A DNA stretch of 64,000 nt, from NCBI GenBank assembly GCA_964486505.1, contig CAZAMC010000001.1:26748-90747 (forward strand). Reading direction: 5' to 3'. This stretch comes from an uncultured Gammaproteobacteria bacterium. Lineage in GTDB: Bacteria > Patescibacteriota > Patescibacteriia > PEXW01. The notes beneath the pieces are model-generated. The model saw only the letters and a program-made list of their open reading frames with translations. It ran no database searches and was not told the origin of the DNA. Positions 37,094-47,099 of the stretch are shown piece by piece (the stretch's first letter is position 1; every line of letters starts with the position of its first letter). The position numbers and the translations under genes are program-made.

Positions 37094-37558
37094 ATGCGCA
37101 AGATTGACACTGAACTTCTGGAAGGCCTCACGCACGAGGCCGCTGCACTGCCGCGAAAAAGAAAGAACTTCAATTTCCATCAGCCACAGGATGCGGCCCA
37201 GCGCTTTCTAAACGCCATGGAGCCGGGGACGTACGTGCGGCCACACCGGCACCTGGATCCAGATAAGTGCGAAACCACGGTGGTGCTGCGGGGAAAGATT
37301 GGGTTTATTATTTTTGGGGATGACGGCGCGGTTGTAGATACATTCCTCGCTCAGACTGGCGGGCCAGTGTTTGGCGTTGATCTGGCGCCAGCTGATTGGC
37401 ATACCTTGGTGGTCTTGGAACCTGGCTCCGTGATCCTGGAGTGCAAGCCCGGACCCTACGTGCCCGCTACAGACAAGGACTTTGCTGCCTGGGCACCGCA
37501 AGAGGGAACCCCAGAGGCAGTTACTCAGGTTGCGGCCTGGGAAAAACTTTTTCACTAG
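37094..37558 (+). CDS. WbuC-family cupin-fold metalloprotein
   Basis: RKRKNFNFHQPQDAAQRFLNAMEPGTYVRPHRH matches the WbuC family N-terminal signature as recalled. Confidence 0.55.
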   Translation: MRKIDTELLEGLTHEAAALPRKRKNFNFHQPQDAAQRFLNAMEPGTYVRPHRHLDPDKCETTVVLRGKIGFIIFGDDGAVVDTFLAQTGGPVFGVDLAPADWHTLVVLEPGSVILECKPGPYVPATDKDFAAWAPQEGTPEAVTQVAAWEKLFH

Positions 37559-37563
37559 CGACT

Positions 37564-38112
37564 ATGCAAAACCGCTGGCGCCGCTTGAGCCGAACGAAGA
37601 AGTACCAGAACCCTTGGATACACGTGGTTGAGGATAACGTCATTCGACCGGATAAGAAGCGCGGTATTTACGGTTTTCTTGTTCTCCGTGCCTCGGTGGG
37701 GGTCTTGGCAATTGATAGCCGCAACCGCGTTGCCTTGGTAGAAGAGTATCGGTATCCCCTTAAGGTCACTACTTTTGAATTACCACGCGGCCTATCGGAA
37801 CGGGGAGAGACCCCATTGCACGCAGCAAAACGCGAAGCCCAGGAGGAAGCCGGCATTTCCGGTGGACGCTGGCAGGCGATGGGCGTGCTGAATCCGGGCC
37901 CCGGTTTCACGAATGAATTCCTTCACTTGTACGTTGTCCGCGGTTTCCGGGTTGGGGAAACACACCCCGAAGGTGTAGAGGTGCAGCGGGTGCACTGGGT
38001 GCCTTTCCCGACGTTGCGGCAGTGGATTCATAAAGGCAAATGTAACGACGCCATGACCCTTGCCGCCGTGGCCCGGTACGATACACTTGCAAAGAAGCAG
38101 AAAGCAGGGTAA
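37564..38112 (+). CDS. NUDIX hydrolase (ADP-ribose/nucleotide-sugar pyrophosphatase-like)
   Basis: Nudix box RGLSERGETPLHAAKREAQEEAGI (GX5EX7REUXEEXGU). Confidence 0.7.
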   Translation: MQNRWRRLSRTKKYQNPWIHVVEDNVIRPDKKRGIYGFLVLRASVGVLAIDSRNRVALVEEYRYPLKVTTFELPRGLSERGETPLHAAKREAQEEAGISGGRWQAMGVLNPGPGFTNEFLHLYVVRGFRVGETHPEGVEVQRVHWVPFPTLRQWIHKGKCNDAMTLAAVARYDTLAKKQKAG

Positions 38113-38121
38113 CCCATTCCT

Positions 38122-39135
38122 ATGAAGCTATTTATTACAGGTGGCGCAGGGTTCATTGGTTCTAACTTCATTCACTACATCTTACGGGAACACCCGGAAG
38201 ACACGGTTGTAAATTTTGACAAGCTCACCTATGCCGGGAATTTAGCGAACCTAAAAGATGTAGAAAATGATCCGCGCTATTCTTTTGTACGAGGTGACAT
38301 TGCGGAAGTAGAAGAAGTGCGCAAGGCTCTGCCCGCCGATAGTGATGCCATTATCAACTTTGCCGCTGATTCGCACGTCGACCGCTCGATTCTAGACCCC
38401 GAAGCCTTTTTGCGGACGGACATCTTTGGCACGCGGGTGCTTTTAGAAGTTGCCAAAGAGCGCAAGCTTGAACGCTACGTGCAAATTTCTACCGACGAAG
38501 TGTACGGCGATATCGAACCCGGACAGTTTTCTAAGGAATCCGATCGGCTCCACCCCTCCAGCCCGTACTCGGCGTCGAAAGCCGCTGGAGATCTCATGGT
38601 TCTTGCTTACGTTCGGACCTACGGTGTGCCTGCGCTCATAACGCGATGTACGAATAATTACGGCCCAAATCAGTACCCCGAGAAGTTTATTCCCCTCGCC
38701 GTCACAAATCTCATCGAAGGAAAAGCTGTTCCGGTATACGGCGACGGTCAGCAAGTTCGCGACTGGTTACACGTCGATGACCATTGCCGGGGGATAGACC
38801 TCGCCCTGCGAAAGGGACGGGTAGGTGAGATTTACAACTTCGGCGCCAATCAGAATCCGGAATGGCCCAACCTTACCATCCTGGAAGCAATCTTGAAGCA
38901 GCTGGGCAAGGGCGAGGACCTGAAGACTTTTGTTAAGGATCGGGAGGGCCATGATCGCCGTTACGCTGTTGACACGACCAAAGCAACGCACGAGTTAGGC
39001 TGGAAACCAACCCGGTCATTGGCAGAAGGTCTGCAGCAAACCGTGCAGTGGTATGTTGATCGTCCGGAGTGGTGGCAGCCGTTGAAGAGCGGTGAGTACA
39101 TGGAGTACTACAAGAAGCAGTATAACCACCGCTAG
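38122..39135 (+). CDS. rfbB: dTDP-glucose 4,6-dehydratase
   Basis: MKLFITGGAGFIGSNF, YSASKAAGDLMV (YxxxK) and typical RmlB length of 337 aa. Confidence 0.9.
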   Translation: MKLFITGGAGFIGSNFIHYILREHPEDTVVNFDKLTYAGNLANLKDVENDPRYSFVRGDIAEVEEVRKALPADSDAIINFAADSHVDRSILDPEAFLRTDIFGTRVLLEVAKERKLERYVQISTDEVYGDIEPGQFSKESDRLHPSSPYSASKAAGDLMVLAYVRTYGVPALITRCTNNYGPNQYPEKFIPLAVTNLIEGKAVPVYGDGQQVRDWLHVDDHCRGIDLALRKGRVGEIYNFGANQNPEWPNLTILEAILKQLGKGEDLKTFVKDREGHDRRYAVDTTKATHELGWKPTRSLAEGLQQTVQWYVDRPEWWQPLKSGEYMEYYKKQYNHR

Positions 39136-39136
39136 C

Positions 39137-39985
39137 ATGCAGAAAGTCGTCGTCACCGGCGCACAGGGAATGCTCGGGCAGGAAGTTGTTCGAGTATTTT
39201 CAGCAGACCCACTGTGGCAAGTTGTGGGCTGGGACTTCGAGAACTTGGATATTACCGATGCGAAGAGCGTAGAGGACAAACTGACAGCGGCTGAGGCCCA
39301 ACTGGTCATCAATTGCGCCGCGTACAACAACGTTGATAAAGCTGAAGAGGAGCCCAGCAAGGCACAGCTGCTTAATGCAACGGCGGTGTCGAACCTGGCC
39401 CAGACCTGCACGGCCATTGGCGCCACGCTTGTGCACTTTTCTACGGATTACGTTTTCGACGGTACACGGCGCGAGGGGTACAAGGAAGATGACGTGCCAA
39501 ATCCGCAGAGTGCCTACGCCCGCTCTAAAGCGGCCGGTGAACTCGCGGCCGCACAGACGCCCAAGTACTACGTTATTCGGCTTTCCCGCCTCTTTGGAAA
39601 GCCCGCGGCGTCGGTAAATGCCAAGAAGAGCTTCGTCGACACCATGCTGGCGCTTGCCCAAACTCGACCCAGCCTGGAAGTGGTGGATGCAGAGTATTCC
39701 AGCCCAACCTATGCTCCGGATTTAGCCCAAGCGACGTACGATGTTGTTCGGTTGCAAGCACCGTACGGTATGTACCACCGGACAAATGCTGGTGCTTGCA
39801 CGTGGCACGCCTTTGCCATTGAAGTATTCCGTCTCGCGAAACAGTCCGTAAGCGTTACCCCCGTTGGGCCCGAGCGGTACCCACGGCCGGCGGTACGGCC
39901 CGCGTACTCGCAGCTCATCACCACAAAGCTCCCGGCTTTGCGACCGTGGCAGGAAGCTTTGGCGGAGTACTTGAACGTTCAGTAG
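39137..39985 (+). CDS. rfbD: dTDP-4-dehydrorhamnose reductase
   Basis: MQKVVVTGAQGMLGQEV, YARSKAAGE and about 280 aa, the typical RmlD architecture. Confidence 0.85.
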   Translation: MQKVVVTGAQGMLGQEVVRVFSADPLWQVVGWDFENLDITDAKSVEDKLTAAEAQLVINCAAYNNVDKAEEEPSKAQLLNATAVSNLAQTCTAIGATLVHFSTDYVFDGTRREGYKEDDVPNPQSAYARSKAAGELAAAQTPKYYVIRLSRLFGKPAASVNAKKSFVDTMLALAQTRPSLEVVDAEYSSPTYAPDLAQATYDVVRLQAPYGMYHRTNAGACTWHAFAIEVFRLAKQSVSVTPVGPERYPRPAVRPAYSQLITTKLPALRPWQEALAEYLNVQ

Positions 39986-39993
39986 GCACGTAC

Positions 39994-41985
39994 ATGTTTG
40001 TGGACTGGCATACGAAGCTTACTCCCCGCTGGCAGTGGGCCGTTTTTTGCATCGTTGTCCTGGGGGCACTTTTCTTTCTCCACCATGATGGTTTGCAGGC
40101 AAATTTTTTGGCGGATGACTACGACTGGCTCCGGATTGCTCGGGAAGACAGCACCAACGGTTGGTTGAGCACATTTACCCACTCACACGGGGGGAATTTT
40201 TACCGCCCGGTCGTTGCCCTGGGCTTCCATTTCGACTATGCAATGTGGCAGTACAATCCTTTGGGCTTCCACCTGCACCAGCTGGTTCTTCAGCTGCTGC
40301 TCATCTTCGGGGTAACGCTGCTCGTTCGACGAGTGACACGATCACCGTGGCTCGGCTTTGCTACCGGCGCCCTTTTCGCTGTCCACCCGGCCCAGCACGA
40401 AGTGGTAACGTGGTTAGCTGGCCGGCCCGATCTTTACGCTGCTATGTTCAGTGTCTGGGCACTCGTCGCTTTTTCCACCTGGCTTGAGCAAAAAAAGTGG
40501 CACTGGCTCGTAGTCAGCGCCGTGGCCGGCCTTTTGGGGATGCTGAGTAAGGAAACGGCATTTGTTCTGCCCGCCCTTGCTGGGTTACTCGCTGCGCCTG
40601 GACTTCGGCACCATACGCTAACCTGGAAGCGCGCGAGTGTGGGGGTTGCGCTTTTCGTCGTGCTCTTGAGCAGTGTACTCATTGCCAGGGGCAACGTGCT
40701 CACCAGTGCAATTGGGGGGTACCTGGTCGGGGGTGAACAATCGGGAACAAACTTTACCCTCGAGAACATTAATCGCCCGTTTACCTCACCGTTTAAGTTC
40801 GTGAACTGGGATTACGCATTGGAGCGCTATGGGGACGCCGGCATCGTTGGCTTGCTGGCTCGAGCCTACAATCATTTGGAAAAAGGTTGGGCTCTCTGGG
40901 GCACTCTGTTGCTCGTCGTTTTGGTTGCCTTGTGGTGGCGTCGGCGGAAGACTGCAGCCGCCTCACTACTTATCGGTGGTTTGCTTTGGTCGAGCATTGC
41001 CTTCATTCCGGTATACGGCTTGAGCGGTGATATTCGTTCTTCGCTCATGGGTACGCGGCTACTTTTCTTTGCGTCGATCGGGTACGTGGCTGCGCTGGTT
41101 GGTGCTCTGGGGCTGTTGGATTTTCAGGGACGTTTGTGGCCCACCCTGCGGGTTGTCGCTGTAGGCATTATTTTTGTGTGCGCAGCAGTTCTCTGGCGAA
41201 TAAATGTTGCACCGTGGCGTGTGGCCAGCGATCGTGTGGGCCAGGTGCGGGAGGCATTTGCTCAGCAACTTCCAGACGTACAGTCTGCTCAGGCGCAAGC
41301 CCTATTCTTCCGTCGTCTGCCAGGCTTGTACTTTGGCGCGTACGAGTACTTTGGACCGCGGAGTGTAAGTGAAATGGTGCGGTCTGTCGTTGGCGGAGCA
41401 CAACCCGCCGGGTACCTGGTCGGGAGTCGGGCTTTTGCAGATTCACCCTACTGTGCGTCACCGGTACCGGCCAGCAGCCTGCAGGTACTATCCTGGGACG
41501 CTACGGTAAAACAGTTTGCGCTTGCACCCGTTGCTGCTGTCCAGGAGGGGGTATCAAAAGTGTGGGATTTTCAATTGGGGTCCATGCCAGCGGGTTGGGT
41601 GGCATCAAGCCTTTCCATTGCGAGCACAGAAGGCGGTGTGCAATTTACGCCCGTTGAGCATGGGCAGTACATTGAGTCGCCGTCGCTAGAGGCTTTTACG
41701 GGTTCAGCGTACCGCACGCTCATCGTTCGCTTCCGACTGGTTGGTGAAGGGGACTTTGGCCGCCGCCGCTTCCGTGTAGATTGGCGCCAGAATGGTTCAT
41801 ACAGCCCTGGGCAGTACATCCGGCATGCGTACGACGCGTCTGACGGAAGTTACAGCGTGCGGATTCCGCTCTGCCAGTACTTGCCGTGGGCACTGAGCGA
41901 TGGGGTAGACCAGCTGCGTATACTCCCGGCTACGTCTGGCGCATTTGTTGTGGAGCAGGTTATCCTGTCTCCAGATGCACCCTAA
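39994..41985 (+). CDS. Large polytopic membrane protein, GT-C-like (candidate glycosyltransferase; DD motif in first loop)
   Basis: About 11 N-terminal TM helices, a LADDYDWLR loop motif and a roughly 250-aa C-terminal extracytoplasmic domain. Confidence 0.45.
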   Translation: MFVDWHTKLTPRWQWAVFCIVVLGALFFLHHDGLQANFLADDYDWLRIAREDSTNGWLSTFTHSHGGNFYRPVVALGFHFDYAMWQYNPLGFHLHQLVLQLLLIFGVTLLVRRVTRSPWLGFATGALFAVHPAQHEVVTWLAGRPDLYAAMFSVWALVAFSTWLEQKKWHWLVVSAVAGLLGMLSKETAFVLPALAGLLAAPGLRHHTLTWKRASVGVALFVVLLSSVLIARGNVLTSAIGGYLVGGEQSGTNFTLENINRPFTSPFKFVNWDYALERYGDAGIVGLLARAYNHLEKGWALWGTLLLVVLVALWWRRRKTAAASLLIGGLLWSSIAFIPVYGLSGDIRSSLMGTRLLFFASIGYVAALVGALGLLDFQGRLWPTLRVVAVGIIFVCAAVLWRINVAPWRVASDRVGQVREAFAQQLPDVQSAQAQALFFRRLPGLYFGAYEYFGPRSVSEMVRSVVGGAQPAGYLVGSRAFADSPYCASPVPASSLQVLSWDATVKQFALAPVAAVQEGVSKVWDFQLGSMPAGWVASSLSIASTEGGVQFTPVEHGQYIESPSLEAFTGSAYRTLIVRFRLVGEGDFGRRRFRVDWRQNGSYSPGQYIRHAYDASDGSYSVRIPLCQYLPWALSDGVDQLRILPATSGAFVVEQVILSPDAP

Positions 41986-43555
41986 CCTCCAAAACCTGCA
42001 GAAGTACCGTTGGCCAGCTCTTGCCTGGCTCTTGCTTGTTGCGTTGTACAGCATTATCGCTGTGCATGTGGCCGATTGGCCCGTGTTTAGTTCTCCTGAC
42101 GAAACAGCAAATTTTGCCTTTGCCACGCAGTTTACCGAGGATAGTCAGCTTGGCATTGCCACACCACTTCCATCGGGCGGCCCGCGCAGTGTCGTCAACC
42201 AAGGGCATACGCTCGTTCCCACTAGCTTTGCATTCTTTCCGGCGTTCCTGGGTACGGTAGGCAGCATTGCGGGTAACCTGGGGATGCTCTTGCTCGGGCC
42301 AATCCTTGCCGCGTCCGCGGTGCTGTGTTTGTGGGCGATGGCCAAAATCATCCTGCAGCACCGCATTTCAGCGCTCTGGGTTGGAGTGCTTTTCGCCACC
42401 ACACCAACGTACTGGTTCTACGCGAGTCGGAGTTTTTGGCAGAACGGCATCTTTGTGAGCCTTCTGGTTATTGCGGTGTGGTTGGGCATGCAGGCGGCAA
42501 AGCGACGGTGGTGGCTCGTTGCAGCCCTCAGTGGGCTCGTGGCTGGGGTCGCAGTTGCAATTCGCCCTAGCGAGCTGGTTTGGCTCGTGCCCGCCGTACT
42601 CGCAGGGGTGCTGCTGCTATGGCGAAGCATTTGGTGGCGCTACCTTGTTGTGGGGTGCGTAGCTGCGCTTTTGCCAATCCTCAGTCTTCTGAGCTTGCAA
42701 AAGGTGACGTACGGCGACCCCCTCGCCACCGGCTACCGGCAGGAAAGCATTCTTGAACCTACCCAAGCAAGTCCCGGGCAGTCGCAATTCCGCCAGTGGA
42801 AGAATGTGCTCTTTCCATTTGGAACGTCATTGAGCACAGCTATTGACCGGGTAGCCGCAAACGGGGTACCGCCCCTTTCGTACCTCGTGATTCCCGGGCT
42901 TGTGGGTTTGCTCTACCTCCTTGCTTGGCCGCGGACTCCAAGGGGGATCCGGCGTATGTTCCTGAGCGCTGTTGTCGGCGCCGTTGTCCTGATCGTGCTT
43001 TATGGGAACTACCGCTTTGTCGAATTTCCGGTAAGCCGGGTGCCCACTCTTGGTTCATCGTACTTGCGGTACTGGCTACCGTTCGTGCCGCTCCTGGGGC
43101 TTGGCGTTGGTGCCCTGTTGAATGTTCTTTTCCGACGGGGAGCAATAGCGAAACGTCTGGGCTGGATACTGGGGGCAGGAATTTTTTTGATCAACCTCAC
43201 CCTTATTTGCACGGCGGATATCGGTCTAGCAGACACCCTGCCACGTTTTACCCAATGGCAAGAGCACTCACAATGGGTTGTGCAGCAGACTTCTGCTGAT
43301 GCAGTGGTTGTGGCCGGAAGCAGTGACAAGCTCATTTTCCCTCGACGACAGGTTATTGGGTACGATGGGACCCTCCCCCCAATCACCTTTAGCTTCTCAA
43401 GCTTGGCAAAGGTTGCGCCAACCTACCTCCTGTTGCCAGCAGCAACTGATTTGGAGCAGCTCCAGGGTCGTTACCCCGATGTGCAGATTGGAGAGGCCAA
43501 AACCGGCCCCCAGGGAATTTTCCTCGTTCGGTGGGAAACGGTGCCGGAAATTTAG
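41975..43555 (+). CDS. Polytopic membrane protein, ArnT/PMT-like GT-C glycosyltransferase family (GT39/GT83-like)
   Basis: Many TM helices. The first loop SSPDETANFAF resembles the GT-C DE motif. Start uncertain (41945 or 41975). Confidence 0.45.
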   Translation: MHPNLQNLQKYRWPALAWLLLVALYSIIAVHVADWPVFSSPDETANFAFATQFTEDSQLGIATPLPSGGPRSVVNQGHTLVPTSFAFFPAFLGTVGSIAGNLGMLLLGPILAASAVLCLWAMAKIILQHRISALWVGVLFATTPTYWFYASRSFWQNGIFVSLLVIAVWLGMQAAKRRWWLVAALSGLVAGVAVAIRPSELVWLVPAVLAGVLLLWRSIWWRYLVVGCVAALLPILSLLSLQKVTYGDPLATGYRQESILEPTQASPGQSQFRQWKNVLFPFGTSLSTAIDRVAANGVPPLSYLVIPGLVGLLYLLAWPRTPRGIRRMFLSAVVGAVVLIVLYGNYRFVEFPVSRVPTLGSSYLRYWLPFVPLLGLGVGALLNVLFRRGAIAKRLGWILGAGIFLINLTLICTADIGLADTLPRFTQWQEHSQWVVQQTSADAVVVAGSSDKLIFPRRQVIGYDGTLPPITFSFSSLAKVAPTYLLLPAATDLEQLQGRYPDVQIGEAKTGPQGIFLVRWETVPEI

Positions 43556-44541
43556 AAAAGCTGGACTTCAACCCAGCGCCGTAGGTCGCCGTCTCGCACG
43601 AGCGCCTGGAATGTTCCGGGCGTGTCCGTTACGGCAACCGCAGTAACGTTGGCTTCAACTAGCGTGGTCACCTGGCCATTCGCTGCGTTGCGAATGGTAA
43701 TGTCTGTGTTGCGGATAGTCGCCGTTACCTGCCGGCCGAGGTGGATAACCTGCACAATGGGTTCGTACCAGCGGGAGAAGAGCTCTGGCTCATCGGTTCC
43801 ATTCGGCAGCAGCCACGCCGTGTCTGTACTGGTGAGGAACCAGCCACTCCCGTCAGGAATGTGCTGCACAGAGGTGAACTGCACATCTTCGCCAACTCGA
43901 TCGCGGATGCTCTTGGTTACGCCGGCCATTTCAACGGGGGCGCTGAGCCGAACGCCCGTACGATTGAGATAGGCGAGACGCTCATCATCATTGGTGCGTA
44001 CTTCCAGAACTTGGCCATCGTCTGACCAGAGAAGCTTTTGTGCGCTTGCAACCGTGGCCGCGTGCTGCGTACCCGTCGGTGCCGCAATGACAACCTGGTC
44101 CTGGTTAATCCAGGCGAGTGCATTGCCGGTCGGTGCCAAGCGGGCACTTGGGGGTATCCCAGTCCGGAGCGTGGTAGTGGGATTCTCTCGAATAAGCTGG
44201 ATGTCATCCAAAAAAACAGTTTCCCCTGGCCGAACATCTGCTCCGAGCACTTGCGTTCCATATCCAGGCGCGCCCACAAGGACGGTATGGTCGCCCGGTA
44301 GAACCCCGCGAGCAGTTACCGGGAGCGACGTCGTGCGGATATTCTGGCTATCAAGGCTAAGGTGAATGCGCTTGGGGAAGCCCGCTAAGGAAATGACCCC
44401 GGTTAGGCTTACCCGACGGTGCTTCATATCAACCCTGTACCCACGGCCGTAGGCAATGGTTAAGGGCGCAATTACCAGGAAGAGTAGGGCAAAAGTGAGT
44501 GCAATACCTCGTCGAACGTGGAGTTCCATAACCCAAAGCAT
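43552..44541 (-). CDS. Hypothetical membrane-anchored protein with PEGA-like domain
   Basis: N-terminal TM. LPGDHTVLVGAPGYGTQ resembles the PEGA motif. Confidence 0.4.
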   Translation of the reverse strand: MLWVMELHVRRGIALTFALLFLVIAPLTIAYGRGYRVDMKHRRVSLTGVISLAGFPKRIHLSLDSQNIRTTSLPVTARGVLPGDHTVLVGAPGYGTQVLGADVRPGETVFLDDIQLIRENPTTTLRTGIPPSARLAPTGNALAWINQDQVVIAAPTGTQHAATVASAQKLLWSDDGQVLEVRTNDDERLAYLNRTGVRLSAPVEMAGVTKSIRDRVGEDVQFTSVQHIPDGSGWFLTSTDTAWLLPNGTDEPELFSRWYEPIVQVIHLGRQVTATIRNTDITIRNAANGQVTTLVEANVTAVAVTDTPGTFQALVRDGDLRRWVEVQLF

Positions 44542-44601
44542 ACCGCACGCCCTCCCAGATGACTAGGCCGGATAGCGTGAATCCTGTATACTTGGTTTCG
44601 T

Positions 44602-45891
44602 ATGGAACGTTTCCGTATCACCGGAGGAACACCGCTCTCGGGTCGAACTCGCGTTGCAGGCGCGAAGAATGCCGCGACCAAGCTCATGGTCGCGTCGTTG
44701 TTAACTAATGAGCCGTGTCGCCTTGAGAATTGCCCAAATTTAGGGGACACACAAATCACGAGTGAGCTGCTAGAGCGGGTTGGTGCGGCAGTCGAGTGGG
44801 AAGGCTCCAATGTGCACATCCACACCCCGACCCTCACAACCACGGTTGTGCACCCACTCTCCAGGAAGAATCGCATCCCCATTTTGGCGCTGGCGCCGCT
44901 CATTCATCGTGGTCAGCACGCGCAAGTGCCCATTCTTGGGGGTGACAAAATCGGGCCCCGACCCGTGAATTTGCATCTGGATGCTTTGCGGGCAATGGGT
45001 GCGAAAGTGACCGAAACGAACGAGGCATACATTGCGGAAGCACAGCGACTTCGCGGCGCCGATATTCACTTGCCTTTCCCCAGCGTTGGCGCCACAGAGA
45101 CAATCCTCTTTGCGGCGGTCCTCGCGGAAGGGCGTACTCGGGTAACCAACGTTGCCATTGAGCCAGAAGTTCTTGAGCTCATAATGTTCCTACAGAATAT
45201 GGGGGCGCTGATTCACCTGGGCGCGGATCGTCGTTTAGAAGTTGAGGGGGTTCGCAAGCTGCACGGCGCGCGGCATCGAGTTGGTTTTGATCGCAATGAA
45301 GTAGTGTCTTTTGCGGCGGCGGCTATTGGTACGGGCGGAGATGTCTTCATCGAGGGCGCCGAACAGCAGCACATGATTACTTTCTTGAATGTCGTTCGAC
45401 GTTTGGGGGCAGCTTTTGAAGTGCAGCCAGACGGCATACGCTTCTGGCGACCCGGCGAGTTGCATGCCCTGGATTTGTGGACCGACACGCATCCCGGATT
45501 CATGACCGATTGGCAACAGCCCACCCTTACCCTCCTCACGCAAGCTCAGGGTACGTCGCACATTCATGAAACGATTTATGAGGATCGCTTTGGGTACACC
45601 CGTGACCTTGTACGCATGGGCGCCCAGGTGAGCGTTTCCGATGTTTGTGGGCAAGACCAATGCCGATTTGCTGAACGGCATGCCCAACACTATGCAGAAA
45701 TAAGCGGCCCAACGCCATTGCAGGCGGCCGACTTGGTTATTCCGGACATCCGCGCTGGCATGGCCCAGGTGGTGGCGGCGCTGTTGGCGAAAGGGACAAG
45801 CACGTTAGAGGGTATTGAGCATCTCGACCGCGGATACGTGAAGCTTGAAGACCGCCTCCGGCAGCTCGGCGCTGATATTTCTCGCATATGA
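44602..45891 (+). CDS. murA: UDP-N-acetylglucosamine 1-carboxyvinyltransferase
   Basis: FRITGGTPLSGRTRVAGAKNAATKLMVASLL matches the MurA N-terminus. 429 aa. Confidence 0.9.
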   Translation: MERFRITGGTPLSGRTRVAGAKNAATKLMVASLLTNEPCRLENCPNLGDTQITSELLERVGAAVEWEGSNVHIHTPTLTTTVVHPLSRKNRIPILALAPLIHRGQHAQVPILGGDKIGPRPVNLHLDALRAMGAKVTETNEAYIAEAQRLRGADIHLPFPSVGATETILFAAVLAEGRTRVTNVAIEPEVLELIMFLQNMGALIHLGADRRLEVEGVRKLHGARHRVGFDRNEVVSFAAAAIGTGGDVFIEGAEQQHMITFLNVVRRLGAAFEVQPDGIRFWRPGELHALDLWTDTHPGFMTDWQQPTLTLLTQAQGTSHIHETIYEDRFGYTRDLVRMGAQVSVSDVCGQDQCRFAERHAQHYAEISGPTPLQAADLVIPDIRAGMAQVVAALLAKGTSTLEGIEHLDRGYVKLEDRLRQLGADISRI

Positions 45892-47099
45892 ACGGTGACC
45901 AACCTTCCCGACCACCTCGAATTCCACTGGCAACGCTGCCCGTAACCTTTGCAATTTTGCTGTGTGTGGGGTTCATCGCTGGGTACTGGGTAGCCAATCG
46001 AGAGCAGGGCCTTACCAACCCCTTGGATGCCTTTCGAACTTCTGCGAACCTCGTGCCAAGCGCCGAGTCGGTTTTGGATTCGACCCTTGAACACATTCGC
46101 TCAGACTACGTTCGGCAGCCAATTGACCAGCAAGAGCTCTTCTACGGGGCTATGAACGGGTTAGTACGAAGTCTGGGTGATCCGTACTCAAATTTCCTCA
46201 CCCCTACGGCGGCAAAGCAATTTCGGGATGATTTGGATTTGAGCATCGAAGGTATTGGCGCCGAAATAGGGTATAAGGAAAAGCGCCCAGCAATCATTGC
46301 GCCGTTGCCTGATTCACCCGCGAAGAAAGCCGACTTACGCGCGGGGGACTACCTGCTTACAGTTAATGATGAAGACGTTACGAGTCTAAGCATTGATGAA
46401 GTCGTTCGTCGCATCCGGGGAGAAGCAGGCACCAAGGTTACCTTGCTTATCGAACGGGACGGCAAGCAGCAAACGGTTACCGTCACGCGCGCGCGCATTA
46501 CCATCTCCAGTGTTACGAATGAAAAGTTAGAAGGGAATATCGCGCACATTTCATTGGTGAGTTTCAATGATGATACGTTAGCGCGTTTGGATGCGATCAT
46601 TCGAGAACTTCTTCTCGATCTGCCCAACGGCATTGTGCTTGATGTGCGGAACAATCCCGGTGGTTTACTTGATGTTGCAGTGGAAGTCGCTGGGGAATTT
46701 ATGGGTAAGCAGCTTGTGGTCCGAGAGGTGAATGCGCGGGGTGAGGTTACAACTGATTCGGCTACGCGGGAGGCACGTCTGCCTCGTGTCCCACTAGTCA
46801 TTCTTGTGAATGAAGGAAGCGCTTCCGCTGCCGAAATACTCGCTGGCGCCCTGCAAGATGCGCAGCGCGCGACCATTGTGGGGGAGAAGACCTTTGGGAA
46901 AGGGAGCGTGCAAACGCTGCAGGACCTGCCCGATGGCTCTCAACTCAAGCTCACCGTTGCGACCTGGCAAACGCCAAAGGGCCGCTCTATCGATGGCACT
47001 GGCATCACTCCGGATGTTATCGTTGAGTTCAACGCGGACGTCTCGACGGATGTCCAGCTCGATAAGGCGGTGGAAATTGTAAAATCTTTAAAGCCATGA
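45888..47099 (+). CDS. Carboxy-terminal processing peptidase (S41, CtpA/Prc family) with PDZ domain
   Basis: PDZ domain (GDYLLTVNDEDV) and the S41 motif VILVNEGSASAAEILAGALQD. N-terminal TM. Confidence 0.85.
   Translation: MNGDQPSRPPRIPLATLPVTFAILLCVGFIAGYWVANREQGLTNPLDAFRTSANLVPSAESVLDSTLEHIRSDYVRQPIDQQELFYGAMNGLVRSLGDPYSNFLTPTAAKQFRDDLDLSIEGIGAEIGYKEKRPAIIAPLPDSPAKKADLRAGDYLLTVNDEDVTSLSIDEVVRRIRGEAGTKVTLLIERDGKQQTVTVTRARITISSVTNEKLEGNIAHISLVSFNDDTLARLDAIIRELLLDLPNGIVLDVRNNPGGLLDVAVEVAGEFMGKQLVVREVNARGEVTTDSATREARLPRVPLVILVNEGSASAAEILAGALQDAQRATIVGEKTFGKGSVQTLQDLPDGSQLKLTVATWQTPKGRSIDGTGITPDVIVEFNADVSTDVQLDKAVEIVKSLKP

Noticed and set aside
37396-37563. N-terminal 56 codons of the track's NUDIX ORF overlapping the WbuC gene
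   Set aside because: This is an out-of-frame overlap with a well-supported gene and is Gly/Arg-rich. The real start is taken at ATG 37564.
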